From positions 410,125 through 474,124 of the forward strand of contig CAWEJS010000001.1 in the NCBI GenBank assembly GCA_963809475.1: 64,000 bases of DNA, in the 5' to 3' direction. Below the pieces are notes generated by a model. That model saw only the letters and a program-made list of their open reading frames with translations, had not been told where the DNA came from and ran no database searches. Made by a program: the position numbers and the translations under genes. This document shows positions 38,086 to 46,301 of the stretch, one piece after another. Position 1 is the stretch's first letter. The number at the start of each line of letters is the position of its first letter. The DNA is from an uncultured Acidobacteriota bacterium. GTDB taxonomy: Bacteria; Acidobacteriota; Vicinamibacteria; Vicinamibacterales; JAKQTR01.

Positions 38086-39287
38086 TACACGGTCCTTCCG
38101 ATCGCGCCGGGATGGCGCGGCGCCAGATGAGCCAGAACGGGCCTGGCGAGGCCCGGGTGTCGCCGAAGCAACAGGACGAGGGGCGTGACGATCGCGGGCA
38201 TCCTGAGCACACGCGCCACCACGCGGCACCACCGCTGCTCGCGGCGGATGCCGCCGGCGTACGCGCCGATCCACTCGCGCTCGAGCCGGCGCTCGTGGGA
38301 CTGCGTGGCCCGTATCACGAACGGCACCACGGCTTCCGCCCCGGCAAACGCCCACGCCATCCCCTCGCCGGTGAACGGCTCGACGTACCCGGCTGCATCA
38401 CCGATGACGAAGATCCCGCGCGCGGCCGGGCGGGACAGACCACGGGTCAGCGGGATCGTGCCCATCCATTCGACCTCATCCAGACCGGATCCGGTGCTCT
38501 GTCCGGCTTCCGCGAGGAGGACCCCGATCGCACGGGAAGCGGTGGCGTGGGCCTTGAGAAAGCCCGGATCGATGGCCGCCGCAATGTTCACGCGTCCGCC
38601 CTCGACCTCCACGGCACCGACGTAACCGTGCCGGCCGATGGCCATCGTGATCGACCCGGGGACGATCTCGACCGCGCCGCGTTCGGCCTCGCCACCCACG
38701 CCCACGCGCGCCGTCGGGGACACGCGGCCGTGAAAGGACGTGCACTCCCGCAGGGAACTGCGGGAAAGCCCGTCGGCCACGAGGACCGCCTTGCCTTCAG
38801 CGGACGCGCCCGGCCCGTGGGGCTGCTGCAGCAAGACGCGCCGCCAGCCCTCCCGCCACGGCTGGTTGCTCTCAGCCACGACCACTGCCGTCGTCCCAGG
38901 CAGGAATGCGCAACCGGCCTCAACCGCCGCTGACACCAGCTCCGCATCGAAGGCGCGCCGCGACACGGCCAACCCCGGCGCGATCTCGATCGCCACGCTC
39001 CGGCCGCGCTGGCGCAGATGAAGCACGTGGACGGGCGCGGCACCAAGGCCTCGAACCCGCTCGACGAGGCCGGCACGGGCGAGGGCCGCGATCGCCTGCG
39101 TGTTCAGGCATCCGCCGCATACCTTCGGACGCGGAAAGCGCCTGCGCTCGACCAGGAGGACCCGGAGCCGTGCGCGCGCCAGGAGACACGCGGACAAGGC
39201 GCCGGCGGGGCCGGCGCCGATGACAATCGCATCCCACGGCTGGAGTGCCGCGCGCGCGGCATCGATGGTCGGGGCGATGTCCGTCAT
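38085..39287 (-). CDS. FAD-dependent oxidoreductase/hydroxylase (geranylgeranyl-reductase-like fold)
   Basis: DAIVIGAGPAG dinucleotide motif, CGGCL, and a C-terminal GDAAGYVEPFTGEG. 1-nt overlap (TAATG) with the PKS start. Confidence 0.8.
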   Translation of the reverse strand: MTDIAPTIDAARAALQPWDAIVIGAGPAGALSACLLARARLRVLLVERRRFPRPKVCGGCLNTQAIAALARAGLVERVRGLGAAPVHVLHLRQRGRSVAIEIAPGLAVSRRAFDAELVSAAVEAGCAFLPGTTAVVVAESNQPWREGWRRVLLQQPHGPGASAEGKAVLVADGLSRSSLRECTSFHGRVSPTARVGVGGEAERGAVEIVPGSITMAIGRHGYVGAVEVEGGRVNIAAAIDPGFLKAHATASRAIGVLLAEAGQSTGSGLDEVEWMGTIPLTRGLSRPAARGIFVIGDAAGYVEPFTGEGMAWAFAGAEAVVPFVIRATQSHERRLEREWIGAYAGGIRREQRWCRVVARVLRMPAIVTPLVLLLRRHPGLARPVLAHLAPRHPGAIGRTV

Positions 39288-39311
39288 ACACGGGACTCCA
39301 TGCCCGATCCG

Positions 39312-40004
39312 TCACACCGGTCTTCGCCAGACCAGCAGCCATCGCTGCGGCCAGACCTCGTCGACTTCAGCGCCCGACAGGCACGCGCGCCGGGCCAGGG
39401 CGCGCGCCTCGCGGCTTGTGAGCGCGGCCGCAACCGAGCGCGCCCCGTCCACCCGGAACACGCGCGAACGGGACAGCAGGCGGCAGCCAACCCACGTGTA
39501 GAGACGGCCCAAAGGCGTCCGGCGCAGATCGGACACGACGACCGCGCGCGCCGCCGCGTCCCGCATGCGGCCCAGGAGGGCCACCGCGTCCGCGTCGGTC
39601 ACGTGGTGCAGGAACAGCGTGGAGACGACGACGTCCACGCCGGCGGGCATCGGGTCGCGCAACGCGTCGGCCCGCTCGAACCACACCCCTTTGACGCGTG
39701 ACCGATCGGCCAGGGTGCTCGCGTAGTCAACGGCGACGCGGCTCGTGTCCCAGCCGGTCCACTCGACATCGACCCCCTCGGCGGCGGCGCGCCGGGCCAG
39801 AGCCACGAGGACGTGGCCTCCGCCGCAGGCGACATCGAGGACGCGCAGTCGGCGTCCCGCGGCGTCGCGCGCCGCTTCCCGTATGACTGGCCAGATGGCG
39901 GCGGCCGTGCGGCTGACCGAATTGGCCAGACCCAGCGCGTCGAGCGCGCGGACGTGCTGCCGGACATCCAGGCCGGGCTGGTCCATCATCTCCGGCACGA
40001 TCAC
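39312..40004 (-). CDS. class I SAM-dependent methyltransferase
   Basis: Motif I (VLDVACGGGH) and the post-I acidic residue, 230 aa. Confidence 0.8.
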   Translation of the reverse strand: MIVPEMMDQPGLDVRQHVRALDALGLANSVSRTAAAIWPVIREAARDAAGRRLRVLDVACGGGHVLVALARRAAAEGVDVEWTGWDTSRVAVDYASTLADRSRVKGVWFERADALRDPMPAGVDVVVSTLFLHHVTDADAVALLGRMRDAAARAVVVSDLRRTPLGRLYTWVGCRLLSRSRVFRVDGARSVAAALTSREARALARRACLSGAEVDEVWPQRWLLVWRRPV

Positions 40005-40045
40005 GCGGGGGCTGCGGATCAGGAGCGTTCCTCCTCAGCTACGGA

Positions 40046-41443
40046 CTACTCGCTCAAGCCCGCGAGACGGTACTTGGCGAGGTAATGGCTCAAGGCGCGC
40101 TGGCTGATCCCCATGAGTTCGGCGGCGTCCTTCTTGACTCCGCCGGCCGCGTCGAGGGCCCGCCGGATGGTCTCGCGCTCGACCCACTCGAGGTTCTGAT
40201 GCAGGCGCATCGACGGCACTCCGGGCACGGCGGCCGGCGTGGCGCGCAGCCCCGAGATCGCGTCAGCCCCGAGAACCTCGTCGTGCGACAGGACGACCGC
40301 GCGTTCAATGGTGTTCTCGAGCTCGCGCGCGTTGCCCGGCCAGTCATACCGCTCGAGGATCGCCATCGCCGACTCGTGCAGGCGCTGCGCGGGCCTCCCG
40401 ATGCGATGCGCGTGCTTGCGGAGAAAGTGCACCGCAAGGACGGCGATATCCTCCCGGCGTTCACGAAGCGGGGGGATCCGGATCGGGATGACGTTGAGGC
40501 GGTAGAAGAGGTCCTCCTGGAAGCTCCCGTCGGCGACCATCTGCACGAGATCGCGGTTCGTCGCGGCGATGACGCGGACGTCGACCTTCTCGGCCCGTTC
40601 CGATCCCAGCGGCTCGAACTCGCGCTCCTGCAGCACGCGAAGGAGCTTCGCCTGGAGCGGCTGGCCCAGCATCGCGATCTCGTCGAGGAGGATCGACCCG
40701 CCGTGGGCGAGCGCGAACTTGCCCTTCTTGTTGGCCGTGGCCCCGGTGAAGGCGCCGCGCACGTGCCCGAACAGCTCCGACTCGAGCAGCGTCTCCGGGA
40801 TGGCCGCGCAGTTCACCTTGATGAGCGGCATCTCGCGCTGGGCGCTGCGATCGTGGATGGCCCGCGCGACGAGCTCCTTGCCCGTGCCGGTCTCGCCGGT
40901 GATGAGGACGGTGCTCTTCGTTTCCGCCACGCGCTCGAGCGTCCGGATGACGTCCTGGATGGCGCGGCTGCCGCCGACGATGCCGTAGTGGCCGAACTCC
41001 TCGTCGCGCTCGCTCAGCAGGTAGCGGTGCTGGTTGCGCAGGCGCTGAAGGTCGATCGCGCGGCGCACCACGACCAGCAATTCGTCGATCTCGAACGGCT
41101 TCTGGAGGTAGTCGAGCGCCCCGAGTTTCATGGCCTCGATGGCGCTGTCGACCGTGGCGTGCGCGGTCATCAGCACGATCTGGGGCCGCTCGCCGGACGG
41201 CGTATGCTGGACGAGGTCGCGGATGAGATCCAGCCCGGTGAGGTCGGGCATGATGTTGTCGACGACCGCGACGTCGAAGACCTGCTCGGTGAGGAGGCGC
41301 TGCGCCGCCCGGCCGCTGGACGTCTCCACGACGTCGTGGCCCTCTTCCCGCAGCGCGCGGCCCAGTGCCCGCAGGATGCGTTCCTCGTCGTCCGCAACCA
41401 GGATGCTCCCGGTGGCCAACCTGTCGTCCGTTCGCGATGTCAT
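40046..41443 (-). CDS. sigma54-dependent response regulator (NtrC family)
   Basis: The start is set at ATG 41443 (MTSRTDD...). REC domain (ILVADDE...D...K), AAA+ Walker A (GETGTGKE), the sigma54-contact GAFTGA motif, and a C-terminal Fis-type HTH. The track ORF of 859 aa is an artefactual upstream extension. Confidence 0.9.
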   Translation of the reverse strand: MTSRTDDRLATGSILVADDEERILRALGRALREEGHDVVETSSGRAAQRLLTEQVFDVAVVDNIMPDLTGLDLIRDLVQHTPSGERPQIVLMTAHATVDSAIEAMKLGALDYLQKPFEIDELLVVVRRAIDLQRLRNQHRYLLSERDEEFGHYGIVGGSRAIQDVIRTLERVAETKSTVLITGETGTGKELVARAIHDRSAQREMPLIKVNCAAIPETLLESELFGHVRGAFTGATANKKGKFALAHGGSILLDEIAMLGQPLQAKLLRVLQEREFEPLGSERAEKVDVRVIAATNRDLVQMVADGSFQEDLFYRLNVIPIRIPPLRERREDIAVLAVHFLRKHAHRIGRPAQRLHESAMAILERYDWPGNARELENTIERAVVLSHDEVLGADAISGLRATPAAVPGVPSMRLHQNLEWVERETIRRALDAAGGVKKDAAELMGISQRALSHYLAKYRLAGLSE

Positions 41444-43263
41444 GAGGTCCCCTCGCCCGCTCTGCCGGGCGGCGGTGCGGCCGGCAGCTCGATGCGCACG
41501 TTCGTGCCGGAGGGCGTCCCGCTGGCGATGGCGATGACACCACCGAGGCTCTCGATGATGTTCCGCGAGATCGCCAGGCCGAGTCCCGTCCCGCCCCGGC
41601 GCGTGGTGAAGAACGGCTCGAACAGCCGCGCCGCGACGGCAGGATCGACGCCGGGGCCGTCGTCGTGAACGACGACGACGGCCCCGCCCTGCTCGCGCGC
41701 GACGGCGCGGATCTCGATTCGCGCGTGCCCGGGTTCGGCGCCGTCCGCCGCGCTCCCCGGGACGGCGCGAACCGCCTGGGCGGCATTCTGCAGGATGTTG
41801 ACCAGGACGGTGCGCACGCGCTCGGGGTCGGTGCGAATCGCAGGAAGCCCGGGCGCAGGGACGACGCCGATGGCCACGCCTCCGTCTGCGGCCTGGACGG
41901 CCTGCGCCGCCTCCTGACAGAGGGCGTTGACGTCGGCGTCCCGCCACGTGAACGTGATGGGCTTCGCATAATCGAGCACTTCGCTGACGATCCGGTTGAG
42001 GCGGATCACCTCCTGGTCGATGTCCTGGATCGCCTCCGCGCGGACGTCCGGCCCGGCGTCGGCCTGGCGCAGCGTCCGCGTCGCCGACTTGATGATCATC
42101 AGCGGGTTGCGAATCTCGTGGGCGATCACGCTCGACAGGCGGCCCAGCGAGGACAGGCGCTCGCGCTGGGCGGCTTCCTTCTCGAAGCCCGCGATGGAAT
42201 CGGTGAGCGTGTTGAACGTCGACGCCAGCAGACGCGCGTCCTCGTCGTCCCAGGACCCCGGCTGCACCGGGATCTTGCGGGTGAGGTCGCCGGTCGCAGC
42301 CACGTCGCGCATGACGTCGGTGATGGAGGCCAGGGGCCGCGTGACCGTTCTTGCGACGGCATAACTCAGCACCGTCGCGAGGAGGATCGTGGCGAGGGCC
42401 GCGGCGCCAATCACGGTCTGGATGTGGCCCACGAACCGCAGCTGTTCGCTCCTCGAGCGGACGACCATGACGAAGGGCGAGCCCTCGACCGCAACGGGAT
42501 CGCGCCCTCCCGCCCGGGCACCCGGAGCCCTCATGAATGGTGCCGACAGGAGCACGTAGTCGTCCTCTCCCGCCGACACCCGGGCCATGCGCCCCGGCAC
42601 GCCCGCAGCGTCGAAGGCCGCCCACGTGGGCCGCTGGAGCGTGGACGCCCGGGTTCGGCCGTCAAGGCCGAAGGACACGTCGCTGCCCGTCAACTGCTTG
42701 AAGTCGGCCGCGACCGCCCCGTCGAGCAGGAACCCGACGCTGAGGGTGCCGGCGATGCCCGCAGGATCGCCCCCGATCGTGATCGGCACGCTCAGCACCT
42801 GGAGGAGGCCGTCCGGGTGGGCCCGGAAGGACGAGGCCGTCGTGCCGCGCAACGCGGCTCGAATTGACGGTAGCGTGGACGAGACCCCCGGGTCCAGGAC
42901 GAGGGGGCCGGCCATCGCCAGCACGCGGGCGTCACGATCGGTGACCACCACCAGGCTCGATCGAGCGAGCATCTGCTGGTAATCGGCCGCCAGCGGCTGG
43001 ACCGTGGGCGGATCGCCGGTCGCGACGGCGGCCTTGAGCTTCGGCAGGTCGGCGATCAACCGGGCAAGCATCGAGATGGTCTCGACCAGCGCTTCCCCCT
43101 GGCGCCCGACGACGGCGCCCGACTCCACGAGCCCGCGCTGGAGGTCCGACTCGGCCTGCGCGGTGACGCGCGAGCTCACGAAGAACGCCGTGAACCCCGT
43201 GGCGAGCACGACGAGCAGCGCCGCCGCGAGGAAGATCCGGTTCGTGAGCGATGCCAGCAGCAT
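41440..43263 (-). CDS. sensor histidine kinase (TM - periplasmic domain - TM - HAMP - HisKA - HATPase)
   Basis: H-box (VIAHEIRNPL), N box, and G boxes (DDGPGV, GGTGLGLAIS). 4-nt overlap with the regulator gene. Start at 43263 (MLLASLTNRIF) by alignment with the paralog; 43293 is also possible. Confidence 0.85.
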   Translation of the reverse strand: MLLASLTNRIFLAAALLVVLATGFTAFFVSSRVTAQAESDLQRGLVESGAVVGRQGEALVETISMLARLIADLPKLKAAVATGDPPTVQPLAADYQQMLARSSLVVVTDRDARVLAMAGPLVLDPGVSSTLPSIRAALRGTTASSFRAHPDGLLQVLSVPITIGGDPAGIAGTLSVGFLLDGAVAADFKQLTGSDVSFGLDGRTRASTLQRPTWAAFDAAGVPGRMARVSAGEDDYVLLSAPFMRAPGARAGGRDPVAVEGSPFVMVVRSRSEQLRFVGHIQTVIGAAALATILLATVLSYAVARTVTRPLASITDVMRDVAATGDLTRKIPVQPGSWDDEDARLLASTFNTLTDSIAGFEKEAAQRERLSSLGRLSSVIAHEIRNPLMIIKSATRTLRQADAGPDVRAEAIQDIDQEVIRLNRIVSEVLDYAKPITFTWRDADVNALCQEAAQAVQAADGGVAIGVVPAPGLPAIRTDPERVRTVLVNILQNAAQAVRAVPGSAADGAEPGHARIEIRAVAREQGGAVVVVHDDGPGVDPAVAARLFEPFFTTRRGGTGLGLAISRNIIESLGGVIAIASGTPSGTNVRIELPAAPPPGRAGEGTS

Positions 43264-43400
43264 GGTCGCGGTTCTCACCGGATGCCACACCATCTGTCGA
43301 CTACGCCGTCGTCCGGCACGGCCACGATGCGCGTCTCGCGGACCGCGCCTTCATGCCACACGGCGAGGGTGTACAGACCCCGGCGGGACGCCGGCCCGGG
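42191..43400 (-). repeat. segmental duplication, copy B (relic of the upstream gene's 3' end plus the sensor/HAMP module of the kinase)
   Basis: Collinear nucleotide and protein similarity to 44520..45735 with an offset of about 2330 bp. Similarity stops right after the HAMP segment (...STFNTLTDSIA). Confidence 0.8.
43275..43400 (-). pseudogene. relic copy of the last ~41 codons of the cupredoxin-like gene (no start codon)
   Basis: Translates to PGPASRRGLYTLAVWHEGAVRETRIVAVPDDGVVDRWCGIR*, compared with PPGSYTLAVWYEGEVRERRTVVVPDDGVVESAFVIR* at the end of 45607..46296. It begins 2 nt after the PP2C gene stop. Confidence 0.7.
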
Positions 43401-43402
43401 AC

Positions 43403-45592
43403 TCACGCGGGTGAGCCACGCTTGCACACCACCACGGTGATGTCGTCCTGTTGTGGGGCGGCGCCGACGAAGTCGTGCACGGTTCGACAGAGGCGCTGCA
43501 CGAGTTGCTCGGCGGGTTCGTGGCGGTGCGCTCGGATCACGCGCAACGCGTTCTCTGCTCCGAAGACGCCGCCGGTGCTGTCCTCAGCCTCGGAGATCCC
43601 GTCGGTGAACAGGACCACGAGGTCTCCCGGCTCGAGCGCGAGGTCTTCGTAGCACCCGTACTCCTGGCTCGGGAACATCCCCAGCGGTACGCCGGTGCTG
43701 CTCAGGGCGGTCTTCATCCCGCCCTCCCGATCAAGGTGGTAGCCGGACACGTGGCCCGCATTCACACAGCTGAAGCGGTTCGAGCGGGCATCGAGCCTGA
43801 CCAACACCATCGCCACATAGTGGTTGGATTCCAGGTCGGCAAAGAGCGCGTCGTTGATGATCGCGAAGGTCTGCCCCGGGCTGGAACACGATTTCGAGAG
43901 GAACCGCAGGTACGAACGCGTCGCCGCCATGATCAGCGCCGGCCCGAGCCCGTGCCCGCACACGTCGCCGATCACCAGGTCCAGGCCGTGATCGGCCAGC
44001 GGCACGTAGTCGAAATAGTCTCCGCAGGTGGCCTGGGCCGGGAACACCGCACCAGCGATGTCATACCCCTCCACATGCGGCGCGGCTGCGGGGTAGAGCT
44101 TCTGCTGGATCTGAGACGCGTACTGCATCTCGATGTCCTGCGCCTGGCGTTTGAACCGGTCCGTCATGTCCTTGACGACCGCCACGAAGTGGATGATATG
44201 TCCGTCCGACGCTTTCACCGGCGTGATCGTCTGCTCGGCGTGGTAGAGTTCGCCGCTCTTCTTGCGATTGAGGGTGTTGGATCGGAAGGTCGACCCGGCC
44301 AGGATGGTGCTCCACAGTTCCGCGTAATACTGCGGACCGGCCTGTCCCGATTTCAGGATGCGCGGGGTCTGGCCGATTGCCTCTTCGCGGGAGAAGCCCG
44401 TGGTCGTCTCGAAGGCGGGGTTGACGTACTCGATCACGCCCTCGCGATTCGTGATGAAGACCGTGTCGGCGGTCTGCTCCACGGCACTCGAGAGGCGCAA
44501 CCGCTCCCCCTCGGTCCGGGCGATCGAGTCGGTCAGGGTGTTGAACGTCGACGCCAGGAGACGCGCGTCCTCGTCCTGCCAGGACCGCGAGCGCAACGGG
44601 ATCTTGCGCGTCAAGTCCCCGGTCGCGGCGACCTCGCGCATCACGCTGGTGATGGCAGCGAGCGGACTGGTCACGGTCCGCGCGACGGCGTAGCTCAACA
44701 CCGTGGCGAGCAGCATCGTGATGATCACGGTCACGGCAATGCCGGTCTGAATCGGACCGAGGAACCGCAGTTGCTCGGTCCGTGACCGCACGACGACGAC
44801 AAAGGGCGATCCGCCCACGACCGCTGGCGCGTGGCTCCTTGCCCCGGCGACCGACATCGGCACGAGCGGTCCCGACAACAACACGTACTCATCCGGGCCG
44901 GACGTCACCCGCGACATCCGGTCGGGCCGCCGTGCGTTGTCCAGGAGCGGCCAGAGCGGTTCCGGGAGCGTCGCGGCCACGATCCGTCCATCGAGGCCAA
45001 ACGCGATCTCGCTCCCTGTCAGTTGCTTGAGGTCGGACGCCGCCGCATCGTCGAGCAGGAACCCGACGCTGAGTGTGCCTGCCAGGCTCGCGGGTTCCCC
45101 ACCCACCGTGATCGGCACAGACAGCACCTCGAGGATGCCCGCGGGGTGGCGGCGAAACGACGAGGCCGGAGAGCCTGCCAGCGCGGCCCGCACGGACGGC
45201 AGGGCCTCGCCCAGCGCCGGATCCAGCGCGGCCGGGCCGGCTGATGCCAGCACCCGACCGTCCCGGCCGGTCACCACCACGAGGCTCGAGCCGGCGAGCA
45301 TTTGCTGATAGTCGGCGACAAGGGGTTGAACGGTGGGAGGGTCGCCGGTGGCCACGGCTGCCTTGAGCTTCGGCAGATCGGCCATCAGGCGCGCCAACAC
45401 CGCGAAGGTCTCGACGAGCGCCGCACCCTGGCGTCCAACGACAGCGCCGGATTCCAGCAGCCCGCGCTGCAGCTCCGCCTCGGCTTCGGCGGTCACCCGC
45501 GAATTGACGAACACCGCCGTGACGCCAACCGCCAGCACCACCAGCAGCGCGGCTGCGAGGAAGATCCGGTTCGTGAGCGAGGCCAGCCGCAT
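43403..45592 (-). CDS. sensor protein: TM - periplasmic domain - TM - HAMP - PAS - PP2C/SpoIIE phosphatase
   Basis: The N-terminal ~330 aa are paralogous to the adjacent kinase. PAS region (VFITNREGVIEYVNPAFETTTGFSREEAIG). PP2C motifs (GDYFDY, GDVCGHG, TDGISEA, DDITVV). Confidence 0.85.
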   Translation of the reverse strand: MRLASLTNRIFLAAALLVVLAVGVTAVFVNSRVTAEAEAELQRGLLESGAVVGRQGAALVETFAVLARLMADLPKLKAAVATGDPPTVQPLVADYQQMLAGSSLVVVTGRDGRVLASAGPAALDPALGEALPSVRAALAGSPASSFRRHPAGILEVLSVPITVGGEPASLAGTLSVGFLLDDAAASDLKQLTGSEIAFGLDGRIVAATLPEPLWPLLDNARRPDRMSRVTSGPDEYVLLSGPLVPMSVAGARSHAPAVVGGSPFVVVVRSRTEQLRFLGPIQTGIAVTVIITMLLATVLSYAVARTVTSPLAAITSVMREVAATGDLTRKIPLRSRSWQDEDARLLASTFNTLTDSIARTEGERLRLSSAVEQTADTVFITNREGVIEYVNPAFETTTGFSREEAIGQTPRILKSGQAGPQYYAELWSTILAGSTFRSNTLNRKKSGELYHAEQTITPVKASDGHIIHFVAVVKDMTDRFKRQAQDIEMQYASQIQQKLYPAAAPHVEGYDIAGAVFPAQATCGDYFDYVPLADHGLDLVIGDVCGHGLGPALIMAATRSYLRFLSKSCSSPGQTFAIINDALFADLESNHYVAMVLVRLDARSNRFSCVNAGHVSGYHLDREGGMKTALSSTGVPLGMFPSQEYGCYEDLALEPGDLVVLFTDGISEAEDSTGGVFGAENALRVIRAHRHEPAEQLVQRLCRTVHDFVGAAPQQDDITVVVCKRGSPA

Positions 45593-45735
45593 GGTCACGG
45601 ATCCCCTCACCGAATCACAAACGCGCTCTCGACGACGCCGTCGTCCGGTACGACCACCGTGCGCCTCTCGCGGACCTCGCCTTCATACCAGACAGCGAGG
45701 GTGTACGAACCCGGCGGGATGCCGGTGAACGTGTA
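44520..45735 (-). repeat. segmental duplication, copy A (3' end of the cupredoxin-like gene plus the sensor/HAMP module of the PP2C protein)
   Basis: See copy B. By eye, roughly 70 percent of amino acids are identical across the sensor module. Confidence 0.8.
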
Positions 45736-46296
45736 GCGTCCGGACACATCGGTCACCGCGAAGAACCGGTGGGCGAACACGAGGATGTAGGCGCTCATGT
45801 GCGAATGGATGTCGCAGAACACCTGCACGACGCCGGGGCGGTCGAACCGCACGGACTTCGACTTGCCGCGCGAGTAGCGGCCCAGGTCGAAGGCCTTGGT
45901 CTTCGACAGCGAGAACACGTTGTGGAACGTGATATCGCGGTTCGGGAAGTCCACCGTCGTGCCGACCGCGATCGCCAGCACGTGCGGCACGAACGTCTGG
46001 TCCCGCTGATTCATCGTGGCGCGCGCGGACTCGTCGAGTTCGAACGCGCCGCGAGGCGCGGTGTCCAGGTAGACGACGGCCGGCCGGAGCTCGGCCGGCC
46101 GGCGAGGCGGCGCGCCCAGCGCGGCGGACGCCGGCCTGGCTTCGGTGGCAAGTTGGCTGCGGCGTATGTCGACGACGCCGCGGATCGTGCCGTTGGCGCC
46201 CGACGCGACGACTCCCTGGCGGGCCGCCGCCGCGAGGGCGAGCATGACGATCGCGAGGATGGCGACGGCACGCGGACTGACGCTGTGGCTTTTCAT
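45607..46296 (-). CDS. periplasmic cupredoxin-like protein flanked by CarboxypepD_reg-like segments
   Basis: ATG 46296 with a signal peptide. TVDFPNRDITFHNVFS...VFCDIHSHMSAYI gives a type-1-copper-like H...C-x2-H-x2-M pattern. The C-terminus (GRYTFTGIPPGSYTLAVW) resembles a carboxypeptidase-regulatory fold. Confidence 0.6.
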   Translation of the reverse strand: MKSHSVSPRAVAILAIVMLALAAAARQGVVASGANGTIRGVVDIRRSQLATEARPASAALGAPPRRPAELRPAVVYLDTAPRGAFELDESARATMNQRDQTFVPHVLAIAVGTTVDFPNRDITFHNVFSLSKTKAFDLGRYSRGKSKSVRFDRPGVVQVFCDIHSHMSAYILVFAHRFFAVTDVSGRYTFTGIPPGSYTLAVWYEGEVRERRTVVVPDDGVVESAFVIR

Positions 46297-46301
46297 CGGC
46301 G

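Noticed and set aside
41444-42625. N-terminal ~390 aa of the 859-aa track ORF (40046..42625), which would make a giant regulator.
   Set aside because: This part is out-of-frame overlap with the histidine kinase gene and is low-complexity. The NtrC-like protein starts cleanly at ATG 41443 with its REC domain. Similar trimming was applied to 46302..48491, 12851..14125, 36991..38355, 50033..51409, 59007..60614 and 53853/55163.
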